From: Patescibacteria group bacterium
GTDB taxonomy: Bacteria > Patescibacteriota > Minisyncoccia > Phycocordibacterales > Phycocordibacteraceae
Reading direction: 5' to 3'
Assembly: GCA_038064495.1 (NCBI GenBank)
Contig: JBBTSZ010000004.1
Location: 5,363-69,362, forward strand
DNA length: 64,000 nt
Of the stretch, positions 25,493 through 34,973 are shown piece by piece (positions within the stretch are counted from its first letter, which is position 1; every line of letters begins with the position of its first letter). The position numbers and the translations under genes are program-made. The notes below the pieces were generated by a model that had not been told where the DNA came from, did no database searches, and saw only the letters and a program-made list of their open reading frames with translations.

Positions 25493-27310
25493 ATGCCTGA
25501 ACAGAGGAGTCTTCGCGTACGCGCGGGGCTGTGGATACAAGCAAATAAAGGGTTTTGCACGGCTCTCGCTTTTATACTTGCCGTCATGCTCGTGCCGACT
25601 ATTTTGCCGAGAATTATTCTTGGCGAGGACTACAAGGACGTTCCAGTTGCATTTACTGATGCTGCGATGTACCAAGCGCATGTTGCACACGTGGGGAGAG
25701 GACACCTGAGTGATGGGAATCCCTATCTCTTAGAACATGCTCATGAACCTGCACTGGTCATCTTCCTTGGAGACTATCTCCATGCACTCCCCTTATTTGT
25801 CGGAGTCCCGCTCGTTCCGACTTTGTTTCTAAACCTCCTTGTGTTTAGTCTTTTGTTCGCAATCTCATTTTATCTCCTGTTTCTCAGACTTGGTGTTGGT
25901 CGCAATAAATCTGCACTCGGCGTAGCTCTCCTCTACCTCCTTTTCTTCAGCCACATAGACCGACCGAGCAATATGCAGCCGTTCCTCCCACTTCTTGCAC
26001 TGTTCTATATCGGTCTTCTCGGAATGTTAGAGGCCCCAACGAAACGATCAATTGCTCTGGTTGCAACTACGCTCGGTGCAATGTTCTATTTTTATTCATA
26101 CCTATGGCAATCATTTGTTATTTCGCTCGGCCTCCTTTTCCTATATGCGCTCGTTCGCAAACAAAAAGAACGAGTAAAAGGGACCGTACTTGCTGGTAGT
26201 AGCGGGGTGCTCATCGGCCTCCCGTCGCTCTTCTATATTCTTTGGCTTTCACACACCTCGCCATACTTTTGGGAGAGCATTGGTCGGTACGGTCTCGTAG
26301 AAACACATTTACCGATGATGGAAGCACTGTACTCTGGCGGATGGGTATGGTTTGCACTCTGCCTTCTCAGTATTCTTCTGTGGCGTGTGAAAGTGCTTCG
26401 AAACGACTCTTTTTTTACGAGGCTCTCAGTGTTCTTTTTTGTTTCCGGCTTTGGTCTCTGGTTCATGCAAGTCAGTAATGTACTTACGGGAAAACTTCTT
26501 GAGAATGCTCAGCACATGGTGTACTTCATTGCTGCTTGGCTCATTCTTTTTGTATTTGCGATGGGAGCGAGACTGTACGATTTTCGACATCTCCTGACGC
26601 GCAGATTACAGGCTCTCGTTTTTTTCAGTCTTCTGTTACTTACGCTCGTTTCGCTCAATAACCTATACCGATATTACGTACTAAATTATATTCGTGACCC
26701 TCTGACAGCGAGACTTACCGACATTTGGCGAACCCAACAACTTTCCCAAGCACCGCTTGCCTATATCGACGCACACGAAACAGATCCTGTTGTTATATGG
26801 GAAGACCCACACGACATGAGTACGTGGGACACACCAGTTCTTTCGCGTGATTATGTGTTGTTTGCGACGCCAGCTATGTGGCATCTCGTACCAGACGGTG
26901 AACTCGTAGAGCGATTTCTGGTAGCAGAGTACTTTGCTACTCCAACAGAGGAAAGTCTTAAGAAAGATGTGGATCTCTATCTTGGACGTCAGTGGGCATT
27001 CCACAAAGCAAAGACCATTGAACGTCGCATAAAGCTCTGTCGTATTCTCCATCACCTTACGAACCCATCTTATGATTGCGGTACCGTACCCTCATCAGTG
27101 GACGTCATAGGAGAAGAACGATTTGTCGAGTGGGAACGCAAATTCACAAGTGATATCAAGCCACATATACTCGACTACCTCGCAAAGTATCACGTCTCCT
27201 ATATCTTGAAGGATGTACTCTCTCATCCTGAATATCAGCCGGAGAAACTCGGAGCCAAGAAGGTATATGAAGATGGACGGTTTGAGCTATGGAAACTAGC
27301 GAACCAGTAG
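25493..27310 (+). CDS. Polytopic membrane protein, GT-C-type glycosyltransferase candidate (GtrC/PMT/ArnT-like)
   Basis: At least 10 hydrophobic helices in N-terminal about 400 aa followed by soluble C-terminal domain; context GtrB-like + GtrA-like. Confidence 0.45.
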   Translation: MPEQRSLRVRAGLWIQANKGFCTALAFILAVMLVPTILPRIILGEDYKDVPVAFTDAAMYQAHVAHVGRGHLSDGNPYLLEHAHEPALVIFLGDYLHALPLFVGVPLVPTLFLNLLVFSLLFAISFYLLFLRLGVGRNKSALGVALLYLLFFSHIDRPSNMQPFLPLLALFYIGLLGMLEAPTKRSIALVATTLGAMFYFYSYLWQSFVISLGLLFLYALVRKQKERVKGTVLAGSSGVLIGLPSLFYILWLSHTSPYFWESIGRYGLVETHLPMMEALYSGGWVWFALCLLSILLWRVKVLRNDSFFTRLSVFFFVSGFGLWFMQVSNVLTGKLLENAQHMVYFIAAWLILFVFAMGARLYDFRHLLTRRLQALVFFSLLLLTLVSLNNLYRYYVLNYIRDPLTARLTDIWRTQQLSQAPLAYIDAHETDPVVIWEDPHDMSTWDTPVLSRDYVLFATPAMWHLVPDGELVERFLVAEYFATPTEESLKKDVDLYLGRQWAFHKAKTIERRIKLCRILHHLTNPSYDCGTVPSSVDVIGEERFVEWERKFTSDIKPHILDYLAKYHVSYILKDVLSHPEYQPEKLGAKKVYEDGRFELWKLANQ

Positions 27311-27326
27311 GTCAGAATTAGTATCT

Positions 27327-28349
27327 ATGAAGATTAAGAAAGCGCTGACATTTCGGGCTTCCTCCATAGGAGACTGTCTTATGGGAAAGTATTTGCTTGA
27401 AAATATACATCAGGCCTATCCTGACGCACGTTGCGGAATCGTCGTCGGCAGTCGTGGCTCGATGATACGTGACTTGCTAGCTGACTATCCCTGGATAGAA
27501 GTGATTGAAGCGAATCGGAAGAGTCCGAAAGCTTTGCTTACACTGATACGCACCTACTGGAGAAGTGACCTTGTCACGACCTTGTACACGGGCGGAAAAC
27601 TTAATCTCTCAACCAAACTCGTCGCACGTTTACTTGCGAAGCGAGGAAGTCTCGTAGGATTCACCGACACCTCGCCAGCTAATAGATTCCTGTTTGATAT
27701 CACATTACCAACTCATGGACGGGACGGTGTGCCGCGCCTCCACGAGCTTGCCGTACTTACCGCAATGCATATTCCTGTCGGTATAACGTGGATGAGGTAC
27801 TCCTATATCCCACAGAGGGAACTCTTGCCTCGGTTACAACTTACTGAAAAAACGTATGTTGTTGTAGGACTTTTTTCTGGAGCTGACGCTAGAGGACTTT
27901 CGCCAAAGCGTAAACAAGACCTCATTGAGGCACTTGCGCGTTCATTCCCAAATCATAAATTGGTTTTCACTGGCACTCCTACTGAACGTGCAAAACTTGC
28001 TGAGCTTCACGTGCCACCAACCGCAGTTATTGCTGAAACAACAGTGCAAGAAGCAGCAGCACTTATTGCTGCTTCGGTGGGCATGGTCTCACTTGGCACT
28101 GGAACGTCTCATATCGCGGCCCTCCTGCACGTTCCACTCGTGGTCATGGTTGCTTGTCAGGGTCGCCAATGGGTTGGTCCGGAACAATTCGGTGACGCTC
28201 CCGTACGTGTTTTCTCAAACCCGAGCGCCTGTCCACCAGAAGGACACGACTATTCAGGCTACGCGCCGTGTATCAATACGATAGATATGGATACTCTTAG
28301 TAAGAGTGCACAACAATTATTCCTTAGTACGGAGACACCTTCTGTGTAA
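27327..28349 (+). CDS. Glycosyltransferase family 9 (heptosyltransferase-like)
   Basis: N-terminal LTFRASSIGDCLMGKYLL; C-terminal LGTGTSHIAALLHVPLVVM. Confidence 0.6.
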   Translation: MKIKKALTFRASSIGDCLMGKYLLENIHQAYPDARCGIVVGSRGSMIRDLLADYPWIEVIEANRKSPKALLTLIRTYWRSDLVTTLYTGGKLNLSTKLVARLLAKRGSLVGFTDTSPANRFLFDITLPTHGRDGVPRLHELAVLTAMHIPVGITWMRYSYIPQRELLPRLQLTEKTYVVVGLFSGADARGLSPKRKQDLIEALARSFPNHKLVFTGTPTERAKLAELHVPPTAVIAETTVQEAAALIAASVGMVSLGTGTSHIAALLHVPLVVMVACQGRQWVGPEQFGDAPVRVFSNPSACPPEGHDYSGYAPCINTIDMDTLSKSAQQLFLSTETPSV

Positions 28350-29154
28350 ACGTCGCGTATTTGTTTTCAAAAAAAGTTCCTCTCCCTTTGTAGTACTCCC
28401 AGTCAATCGGCTCGTCTAAAGTGACAACGTGCGGAGTGTTTCCAAACCATGCAGCAAGATTGCTCATACTTGAATTCGTGCCAATGATGACGCTCGTAGT
28501 GCTAAGCAAATGAAAATCAAGGGAAGGCACATCAGTACCTCTCACGGTTGCATATTCTGCAAACGCCCCATTGGGAAATGGTCCATCAGAAACAACGACA
28601 AGTCCAACCTCTCCTTTAGACAATCCTTGGTGTGCAAGATATTCAGAAACAATAGCTTCAACACGCTCAGGCTGTAGAAGAAATTCGCCGTCCGAAAAAT
28701 ACGTAAAGGGACGTTGGCGTACATGTATTCCGATAAGCGTACGACCGGCGAGCGGTTGGAGTATCTCGCCAATTCTCTTAGTCACTCGGTCAGGAGCACG
28801 GAACCGCTCCTTGATTTCTGTTCCGTACTTCTCAAACCCGAGAGGATTTCGAAAAAGCATTCCCAGTAGATACAGATTTCCAGAATCTGTATATTTCTCC
28901 GGAAGCGGAGTCGTTGGTGGTAGATAACGCACGGTGCCGCCCCAGGCAAACATGCTGTCCTTAGGGTGGAGTACTCGCCCTATATACTGCGCATATACCT
29001 CATAGAGTGTGCGAAGGAACGGAATGTTTTGGACAAGAGGTGGTAGTGTTGCTTTCGCACCCAGTTCTAGACTAGCGGCATACACACTCAGATCGTTCCA
29101 GAGTCGGTTTGCATACTCCTTACAATCGTATTTCACTGCAATCAAGTTTTTCAT
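28324..29154 (-). CDS. Putative glycosyltransferase (GT11 alpha-1,2-fucosyltransferase-like motifs)
   Basis: IGIHVRQRPFTYF resembles GT11 HVRRGDY motif; C-terminal NSSMSNLAAWFG resembles STFSWWAAYL; start chosen at MKNLIAV, 1 nt after upstream stop. Confidence 0.35.
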   Translation of the reverse strand: MKNLIAVKYDCKEYANRLWNDLSVYAASLELGAKATLPPLVQNIPFLRTLYEVYAQYIGRVLHPKDSMFAWGGTVRYLPPTTPLPEKYTDSGNLYLLGMLFRNPLGFEKYGTEIKERFRAPDRVTKRIGEILQPLAGRTLIGIHVRQRPFTYFSDGEFLLQPERVEAIVSEYLAHQGLSKGEVGLVVVSDGPFPNGAFAEYATVRGTDVPSLDFHLLSTTSVIIGTNSSMSNLAAWFGNTPHVVTLDEPIDWEYYKGRGTFFENKYATFTQKVSPY

Positions 29155-29155
29155 A

Positions 29156-29857
29156 CTACGAGAGGACGACCCATGGCTTACGAAGTACCGGAAGGTTCCA
29201 TGCTGCATTCGGACGTGCATACCTATGCACAAAGAGTTTCTGGCCGGGCGCTTTGTATTTCATGCAATCAATCAAAAACATGAACGAAGAATCAATCACA
29301 TGCACTTCCTCTGCTCGCTCAATAATTCCCGAATAATCAAAAAGGTTATCGGTTAGTCCAGGACCAACTCGGAACTTCGGAAGGGGAGAGGTGACTAACT
29401 CGTCGTTAATGGGATATCGTCCATCATCATGTACAAACACATACTGTGAGGGAAGAGATAGTTTTGCCTCAAGAATTCGTTCAGCGTCCCTATCCCGCTC
29501 TACATGAAAACTGTCCCATTTCTTTACGTACGGAACGTCGGCTAATTTATAAAATTGGTACTCTGACGGAATACCCGTTTCAAAATCCACATCCCATATT
29601 TTTCGTATTTCATCGTAGTGTCCTGAACCGAAGGTAAGAAAATTCTTTATCCGAAAGAATGTTTTGTCGCGGTGTGTGTGTACGATAACGATTTCAAGAT
29701 TTGGGAGGTCTCGAAACATAAAACGAACGAACGGTTCGAATGTGGGTATGGTAAAAAGACCAACTCGGTCGTGCCGCTTTGCATATTCCCGGACAAGACC
29801 GTTACACATCAAGTGGTCTCCGAGCCGGTTGTGGTGGTCTACTAGCACGCTCGACAT
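29156..29857 (-). CDS. Short GT9-like glycosyltransferase
   Basis: N-terminal RLGDHLMCNGLVRE and C-terminal VIDSSFMFLIDCM resemble GT9 motifs; 233 aa. Confidence 0.4.
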   Translation of the reverse strand: MSSVLVDHHNRLGDHLMCNGLVREYAKRHDRVGLFTIPTFEPFVRFMFRDLPNLEIVIVHTHRDKTFFRIKNFLTFGSGHYDEIRKIWDVDFETGIPSEYQFYKLADVPYVKKWDSFHVERDRDAERILEAKLSLPSQYVFVHDDGRYPINDELVTSPLPKFRVGPGLTDNLFDYSGIIERAEEVHVIDSSFMFLIDCMKYKAPGQKLFVHRYARPNAAWNLPVLRKPWVVLS

Positions 29858-29926
29858 GGCGTTAGTGTACTACGTCGACTGAGTAAAAATGAGAACCTTT
29901 TATGCTAGATTGAAGTTCTATTGGGC

Positions 29927-31093
29927 ATGAAATACGACATCATTATCTGTGGAGGTGGTATTGCAGGGCTCTGGCTCTTGAATACTCTTACAGCGAAGGG
30001 TCTCAACGTGGTGCTTATAGAAAAGAATACTCTGGGTGGGGTCCAAACACTCGCTTCTCAAGGAATGATTCACGGAGGACAGAAATATCTCTTACAAGGA
30101 CATGCGACTCCCGAGGCGCTCTCAATCGCGAAGATGCCTGAACGCTGGCAGAAGTGTTTTGAGGGAAGTGGCGACATCAATCTATCACGGGTTTCCACGC
30201 TTTCTGAAACACAAGTCATGTGGCCAGCAGGTTCAAAACTTTCTGAAATCGGGCTTGTTGCAGCAGCAAAGCTAGTGAACGCAAAAACGAAGAAACTCTC
30301 TCCAAACGAATATCCAAAGGCTCTTCGTGGTGGCACTGGCCACGGACCAGTATATGAGTTACCTGAGAAAGTCATGGACACCCATTCGCTTGTCTCAGCA
30401 CTCGTCGCACCACATACGGAACGGATTGTGAAAGGTGACATCACTAAACTTGCAGTGGATGGTTCACTTACCGTAAATGGACTCAAGCTTGAGGCTCAAT
30501 TAATCATCTCTACCGCGGGCACTGGTAATGAGGAAGCTTTACGGATGCTCGGTGTATCGGTGGAAGAACATTCGCAGCGTCGACCGCTCCGTCAAATTAT
30601 GATTAAGACGATGGAGTATCCGCTGTATGGTCATGGAGTGGTAAACAACCCGAAGCCTCGGGTAACGATAACGAGCCACCCGCTCCCTGAAGGTGGATAT
30701 GTATGGTATTTGGGGGGAGCCATAGCAGAACAAACCGCCACACTTTCGGATGCCGAAGCGATTACCTATGCGAGAAAGGAAATGCAGGACATATTTCCGG
30801 AAATCGATTGGTTTGGTAAGCATTGGGCCTCATGGCTCGGCGACCGTGCTGAAGCACGCCATCCCGGAGGAGTTATCCAAGATGGTCCAGCAGTTCAAGA
30901 ATACGGAAAGGTTCTCGTAGTGTGGCCGACGAAACTCACCTTCATGCCCGCATTATCAGACAACGTGCATGCTTACGTTGATTCTCACGGACTCACTCCT
31001 TCTTACACTGACGAACCGCCAATCCTCTCATTTCCAGAGGGGGGAGTGTCTCCTTGGGAAAGTGCTCACTGGGCTCATAAAAATCAGGAATAA
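29927..31093 (+). CDS. FAD-dependent oxidoreductase (DAO family)
   Basis: MKYDIIICGGGIAGLWLLNTLTAKGLNVVLIEKN dinucleotide-binding motif. Confidence 0.65.
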   Translation: MKYDIIICGGGIAGLWLLNTLTAKGLNVVLIEKNTLGGVQTLASQGMIHGGQKYLLQGHATPEALSIAKMPERWQKCFEGSGDINLSRVSTLSETQVMWPAGSKLSEIGLVAAAKLVNAKTKKLSPNEYPKALRGGTGHGPVYELPEKVMDTHSLVSALVAPHTERIVKGDITKLAVDGSLTVNGLKLEAQLIISTAGTGNEEALRMLGVSVEEHSQRRPLRQIMIKTMEYPLYGHGVVNNPKPRVTITSHPLPEGGYVWYLGGAIAEQTATLSDAEAITYARKEMQDIFPEIDWFGKHWASWLGDRAEARHPGGVIQDGPAVQEYGKVLVVWPTKLTFMPALSDNVHAYVDSHGLTPSYTDEPPILSFPEGGVSPWESAHWAHKNQE

Positions 31094-31201
31094 TCTGAAA
31101 GGTACGTGCCAGGCTGAAACCGCCATAACAGCAATTCAGTTTGAATAGATACGACAGCCTATTTAGACAAAGCCTTATTTTATCTATATAATTTGCCAAT
31201 T

Positions 31202-32233
31202 ATGAAAGCAGCCGTCCTTGAGACGCTTAATAAACCTCTTGTTGTGGGAGAGGTCACGCTGACTCCTTTGACTCCAGGCCAAGTACTCGTCAAGAATCTG
31301 GTCACGGGTATTTGTGGGGCTCAGCTCGAGGAGATACAGGGCCATAAGGGTAACGCGAAATTCGTTCCACATCTCTTAGGGCATGAGGCATGTGGCATTG
31401 TGGAGGACATCGGTCCTGAGGTACAAAAAGTTAAAAAAGGAGACAAAGTAGTACTGCACTGGAGAAAGGGAGAAGGCATCGAATCAGATTTTCCGAAATA
31501 TATCTACAAGGGAAAAGAAATATCAAGTGGGAAGGTAACAACATTTAGCGAGTACACTATTGTTTCTGAAAATCGGGTAACGCCGGTACCGCACGACACT
31601 CCGAATGATCTTGCTGCGCTACTTGGATGTGCACTTTCTACGGGACTTGGTGTGGTGAGCGGAGCTGCCAAGGTTCAGCCTGGTGAATCCGTCATCATCA
31701 TTGGGGCTGGGGGTGTTGGTTTGAATCTTATACGAGCAGCAGTACGAGCCGGTGCGAATCCCGTCATAGCGGTTGATATCGCAGACAAAGAAACACTGGC
31801 AAAAAATGTGGGCGCCCATTTTTTTATTCATTCAGGTAAAACCGGTCTCGCTGACGGATTAGAGAGCGTGGCAGGTATCAAGAACGTTGACGTGATTATC
31901 TCTACCGTTACTGATAAGAAAACCGCTGAAGAGGCACTTCCACTCCTCGCCCCCTCGGGCAGATATGTGATGGTTGGACAGCCTGTTCCGGGAGAATCTC
32001 TTGAAATTACGAATGCGTTTCATTTCCATGAGGGAGAAGGGAAGGTTCTCATGGGTACCCAGTCCGGAGGTTTTAATCCTACCCGTGACATTCCGAGATA
32101 TCTCAAAATGGCACAAGAGGGTGAGGCTACTATCGACGGAATTATCACGAAGCGCATCAAACTCGACCAAATAAATGAAGCTATTGATGAGATTCGTGCA
32201 GGCAAGGCTGGCAGAATCATGATTGATTTCTAA
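31202..32233 (+). CDS. Zn-dependent medium-chain alcohol/polyol dehydrogenase
   Basis: GHEACGIVEDIG zinc-ligand motif; Rossmann GAGGVGLNLIRAAVRAGA. Confidence 0.7.
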   Translation: MKAAVLETLNKPLVVGEVTLTPLTPGQVLVKNLVTGICGAQLEEIQGHKGNAKFVPHLLGHEACGIVEDIGPEVQKVKKGDKVVLHWRKGEGIESDFPKYIYKGKEISSGKVTTFSEYTIVSENRVTPVPHDTPNDLAALLGCALSTGLGVVSGAAKVQPGESVIIIGAGGVGLNLIRAAVRAGANPVIAVDIADKETLAKNVGAHFFIHSGKTGLADGLESVAGIKNVDVIISTVTDKKTAEEALPLLAPSGRYVMVGQPVPGESLEITNAFHFHEGEGKVLMGTQSGGFNPTRDIPRYLKMAQEGEATIDGIITKRIKLDQINEAIDEIRAGKAGRIMIDF

Positions 32234-32234
32234 T

Positions 32235-33191
32235 ATGAGTACGAACCTAAAGGCATACAAACGAATGCTCTACCTACGGCTCGCTGAACAGGAGCTCGTT
32301 AAGATGTATCTGGATAAGAAGATTTTCAGCATGGTGCATTTTTATGTGGGCCAGGAAGCGGTTGCAGTCGGCGTGTGTGAAGCGCTTACTCCAGAAGATA
32401 AAGTGCTCGGCAACCACCGTTCGCATGGACACTATCTTGCAAAGGGAGGAAACTTCAGAAAGATGGTGAGTGAACTTCTGGGAAGAGCTGATGGCGTTGC
32501 TCACGGCAAAGGGGGTTCCATGCATATGATAGATAAGTCCGTGAATTTCGTCGGCTCTACACCACTCCTCGGGAGCGTTGCGCCTATTGCAGCAGGCGTT
32601 GCCTTCGAGCAGAAATACAACGGTCGCGATGACGTTACCGTCGCATTCTATGGGGACGGTGCATCGGAAGAGGGAGTTGTTTACGAAACGTACAATCTCG
32701 CTGCGCTGTATGAGGTACCACTCCTGCTTGTCGTTGAGAATAATTTCTTTTCCATAAACTCACGTGCACGCGAACGCAGGCCTCAAGGATATGATCTAGA
32801 GAAGATTGTTACAGGATTCGGGATTCCCTTTATGCGTGCTGACGGCAATGACTATGAAGATGTGAATACCAAAGCTGCGAAACTTTTAGAAATGGTACGC
32901 CGTGAGAAGCGTCCGGCAGTGCTTGAATGCCTCACGTTCCGTCACATGGCGCACTCTACGCCTCTGATGGAGGAGAAATATCGTGAGCATGATACGGCAG
33001 AGGTTCGTGAAGCAAAGGACCCGCTTACCAAGATGAAAAAAGATATCCTCTCAAGCGGAGTATCTCAAGCGGAACTTATTTCAATGGAAGAAGGACTGCG
33101 TGAAGAAATCGCGAACGATATTGCAGAAGCAGAGAAAGCCGCATTTCCCACGCGAGAAGAGATGTTTACCGATATGTACTACACCGAATAA
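32235..33191 (+). CDS. TPP-dependent 2-oxoacid dehydrogenase E1 alpha-like subunit
   Basis: TPP-binding YGDGASEEGVVYETYNLAALYEVPLLLVVENN. Confidence 0.7.
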   Translation: MSTNLKAYKRMLYLRLAEQELVKMYLDKKIFSMVHFYVGQEAVAVGVCEALTPEDKVLGNHRSHGHYLAKGGNFRKMVSELLGRADGVAHGKGGSMHMIDKSVNFVGSTPLLGSVAPIAAGVAFEQKYNGRDDVTVAFYGDGASEEGVVYETYNLAALYEVPLLLVVENNFFSINSRARERRPQGYDLEKIVTGFGIPFMRADGNDYEDVNTKAAKLLEMVRREKRPAVLECLTFRHMAHSTPLMEEKYREHDTAEVREAKDPLTKMKKDILSSGVSQAELISMEEGLREEIANDIAEAEKAAFPTREEMFTDMYYTE

Positions 33192-33193
33192 GT

Positions 33194-34222
33194 ATGAGCG
33201 ACCGAATCCTCAAATACACAGAAGCTCTCAGGGAAGCAACCGCGCAGATGCTCGCGGAAAATGATCAGGTGTTTGTCATAGGTCTTGGTGTTCCGCAGGG
33301 CGCAGCAGGCACAACTATGGGCCTAAAAGATGAGTACCCCACGCGCGTGTTGGATACACCTATTTCAGAAGGTGCACTTACCGGTCTTGCGGTGGGTGCG
33401 GCCATCTCCGGCCTACACCCGGTGGTCTACCATGAGCGTGTAGAGTTTGCGCTTGTGGCGGCAGATCAGATATTCACACAGGCGGCAAAGTGGAACTACA
33501 TGTTCGGTGGCGACAACCCTGTACCATTAACACTACGCGTCGCAGTAGGGCGCAAGTGGGGCAATGGTCCTCAGCACTCGCAGGCACTCTACTCTCTGTT
33601 CGGTGCAGTACGAGGTTTGAAGGTGGTTATTGCGTCCACTCCATACATGGCGAAAGGACTCCTCATATCTGCAATACGCGATAAGAATCCTGTCATACTG
33701 CTGGAGAATCTCTGGCTGTATCAGGTAAAGGAGGAAGTTCCTGAAAAAATGTACGCACTTCCTCTTGATAAGGCGAGAGTTGCACAAGAGGGAACCGATG
33801 TCACCGTCGTTACGTACGGGGACGGATTCGTGGACTCTCTTTCTGCACTTACACTCCTTCCGAAAGACATCTCCGTAGAACTCATAGATCTCGTGTCCAT
33901 TAATCCAGTGGATTATGACACTATTGAACAGTCCGTACGAAAGACCGGTCGGCTCATAACGGTAGATACGACCAACGCCGCCTTCAGCGTGGGTGCTGAA
34001 ATCATTGCCAAGATGACCGAGCGAGCTATTCCGCTCTCGAGTACGCCGATTGCGATTGCAACTCCTGATGTGCCAGTACCCACCTCGTCCGCCCTCCTGG
34101 AATTCTATTACCCTACCAAGGTAGACATCGCGAATGCAGTGCTCAAAATGCTTAACAAGGAAGCCCTTGAAACCAAACTCTCCTTTGAAGAGTTACATTT
34201 AGCACCAAGCCACACCCTGTAA
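33194..34222 (+). CDS. TPP-dependent 2-oxoacid dehydrogenase E1 beta-like subunit (transketolase-like)
   Basis: 342 aa; typical E1beta N-terminal pyrimidine-binding and C-terminal domains; immediately follows E1alpha. Confidence 0.7.
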   Translation: MSDRILKYTEALREATAQMLAENDQVFVIGLGVPQGAAGTTMGLKDEYPTRVLDTPISEGALTGLAVGAAISGLHPVVYHERVEFALVAADQIFTQAAKWNYMFGGDNPVPLTLRVAVGRKWGNGPQHSQALYSLFGAVRGLKVVIASTPYMAKGLLISAIRDKNPVILLENLWLYQVKEEVPEKMYALPLDKARVAQEGTDVTVVTYGDGFVDSLSALTLLPKDISVELIDLVSINPVDYDTIEQSVRKTGRLITVDTTNAAFSVGAEIIAKMTERAIPLSSTPIAIATPDVPVPTSSALLEFYYPTKVDIANAVLKMLNKEALETKLSFEELHLAPSHTL

Positions 34223-34226
34223 TGTC

Positions 34227-34970
34227 ATGAAAAAAATCCTCGTCATCGGAGACAGTTGTCGCGACGTTTTCGTGTACTGCCATGCCCAGCGCCTTGCGCC
34301 CGATTTGCCGGTGCCTATTCTTGATGTACATGAAGAAACAGAAAACCCCGGCATGGCAATGAATGTTCTCCGAAATATTCAGGCTATTCACGATGGAGCA
34401 GATATCGCGACAAATCGTGAATGGGAAAAAGTCACCAAGACTCGGTATGTCCACCACAAAACAAACCACACATTCATTCGTATTGATTCTAAGCACCCTA
34501 CAGAACCGATTCTTCTTGATGAAGTACCACTTAACGACTACGACGTGATTGCTATATCTGACTACAACAAAGGATTTCTTACCGAAAAAGATATTGAGAC
34601 TATTTGTAAGAATCATGCGTGTGTATTTATTGATACCAAGAAACAGCTTGGTACGTGGGCTGAGGGTGCTACGTACATCAAGATTAATGATTTTGAATAC
34701 GAACGGTCCAAACATGCACTCACTCCAACTCTAGAAGAGAAGATTATTCGTACTGAAGGTTCCGCTGGTGCAGTGTACAGAGGTAAGCGCTATCCCGTGT
34801 CCAAGAAAGTGGAGGTTCGAGATACCACCGGCGCAGGCGACAGTTTCTACGCAGCACTTTTAGTGAAATACGCCGAGACGGGAGATATCGAGGAGGCAAT
34901 ACAGTTTGCAAACGAGTGTGCTCGCCGTACCGTAATGCAAAAAGGGGTCTCACTCATTGAGCGTCCATAA
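34227..34970 (+). CDS. PfkB-family carbohydrate kinase (HldE/RfaE domain I-like, heptose-7-phosphate kinase candidate)
   Basis: DTTGAGDSFYAALL PfkB signature; 247 aa. Confidence 0.6.
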   Translation: MKKILVIGDSCRDVFVYCHAQRLAPDLPVPILDVHEETENPGMAMNVLRNIQAIHDGADIATNREWEKVTKTRYVHHKTNHTFIRIDSKHPTEPILLDEVPLNDYDVIAISDYNKGFLTEKDIETICKNHACVFIDTKKQLGTWAEGATYIKINDFEYERSKHALTPTLEEKIIRTEGSAGAVYRGKRYPVSKKVEVRDTTGAGDSFYAALLVKYAETGDIEEAIQFANECARRTVMQKGVSLIERP

Positions 34971-34973
34971 TAT

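Noticed and set aside
24980-25705. Full 241 aa minus-strand ORF as called by the track (start at 25705)
   Set aside because: N-terminal 85 aa are hydrophilic and junk-like and would abut/overlap the divergent 25493 gene promoter. A GtrA-like protein begins at the internal Met (25450), so a shortened CDS is used.
31185-31190. TATAAT hexamer 11 nt upstream of ADH start as a promoter -10
   Set aside because: Spacing would imply a nearly leaderless transcript and there is no convincing -35. The gene is more likely co-transcribed with the upstream FAD oxidoreductase, so it is not called.
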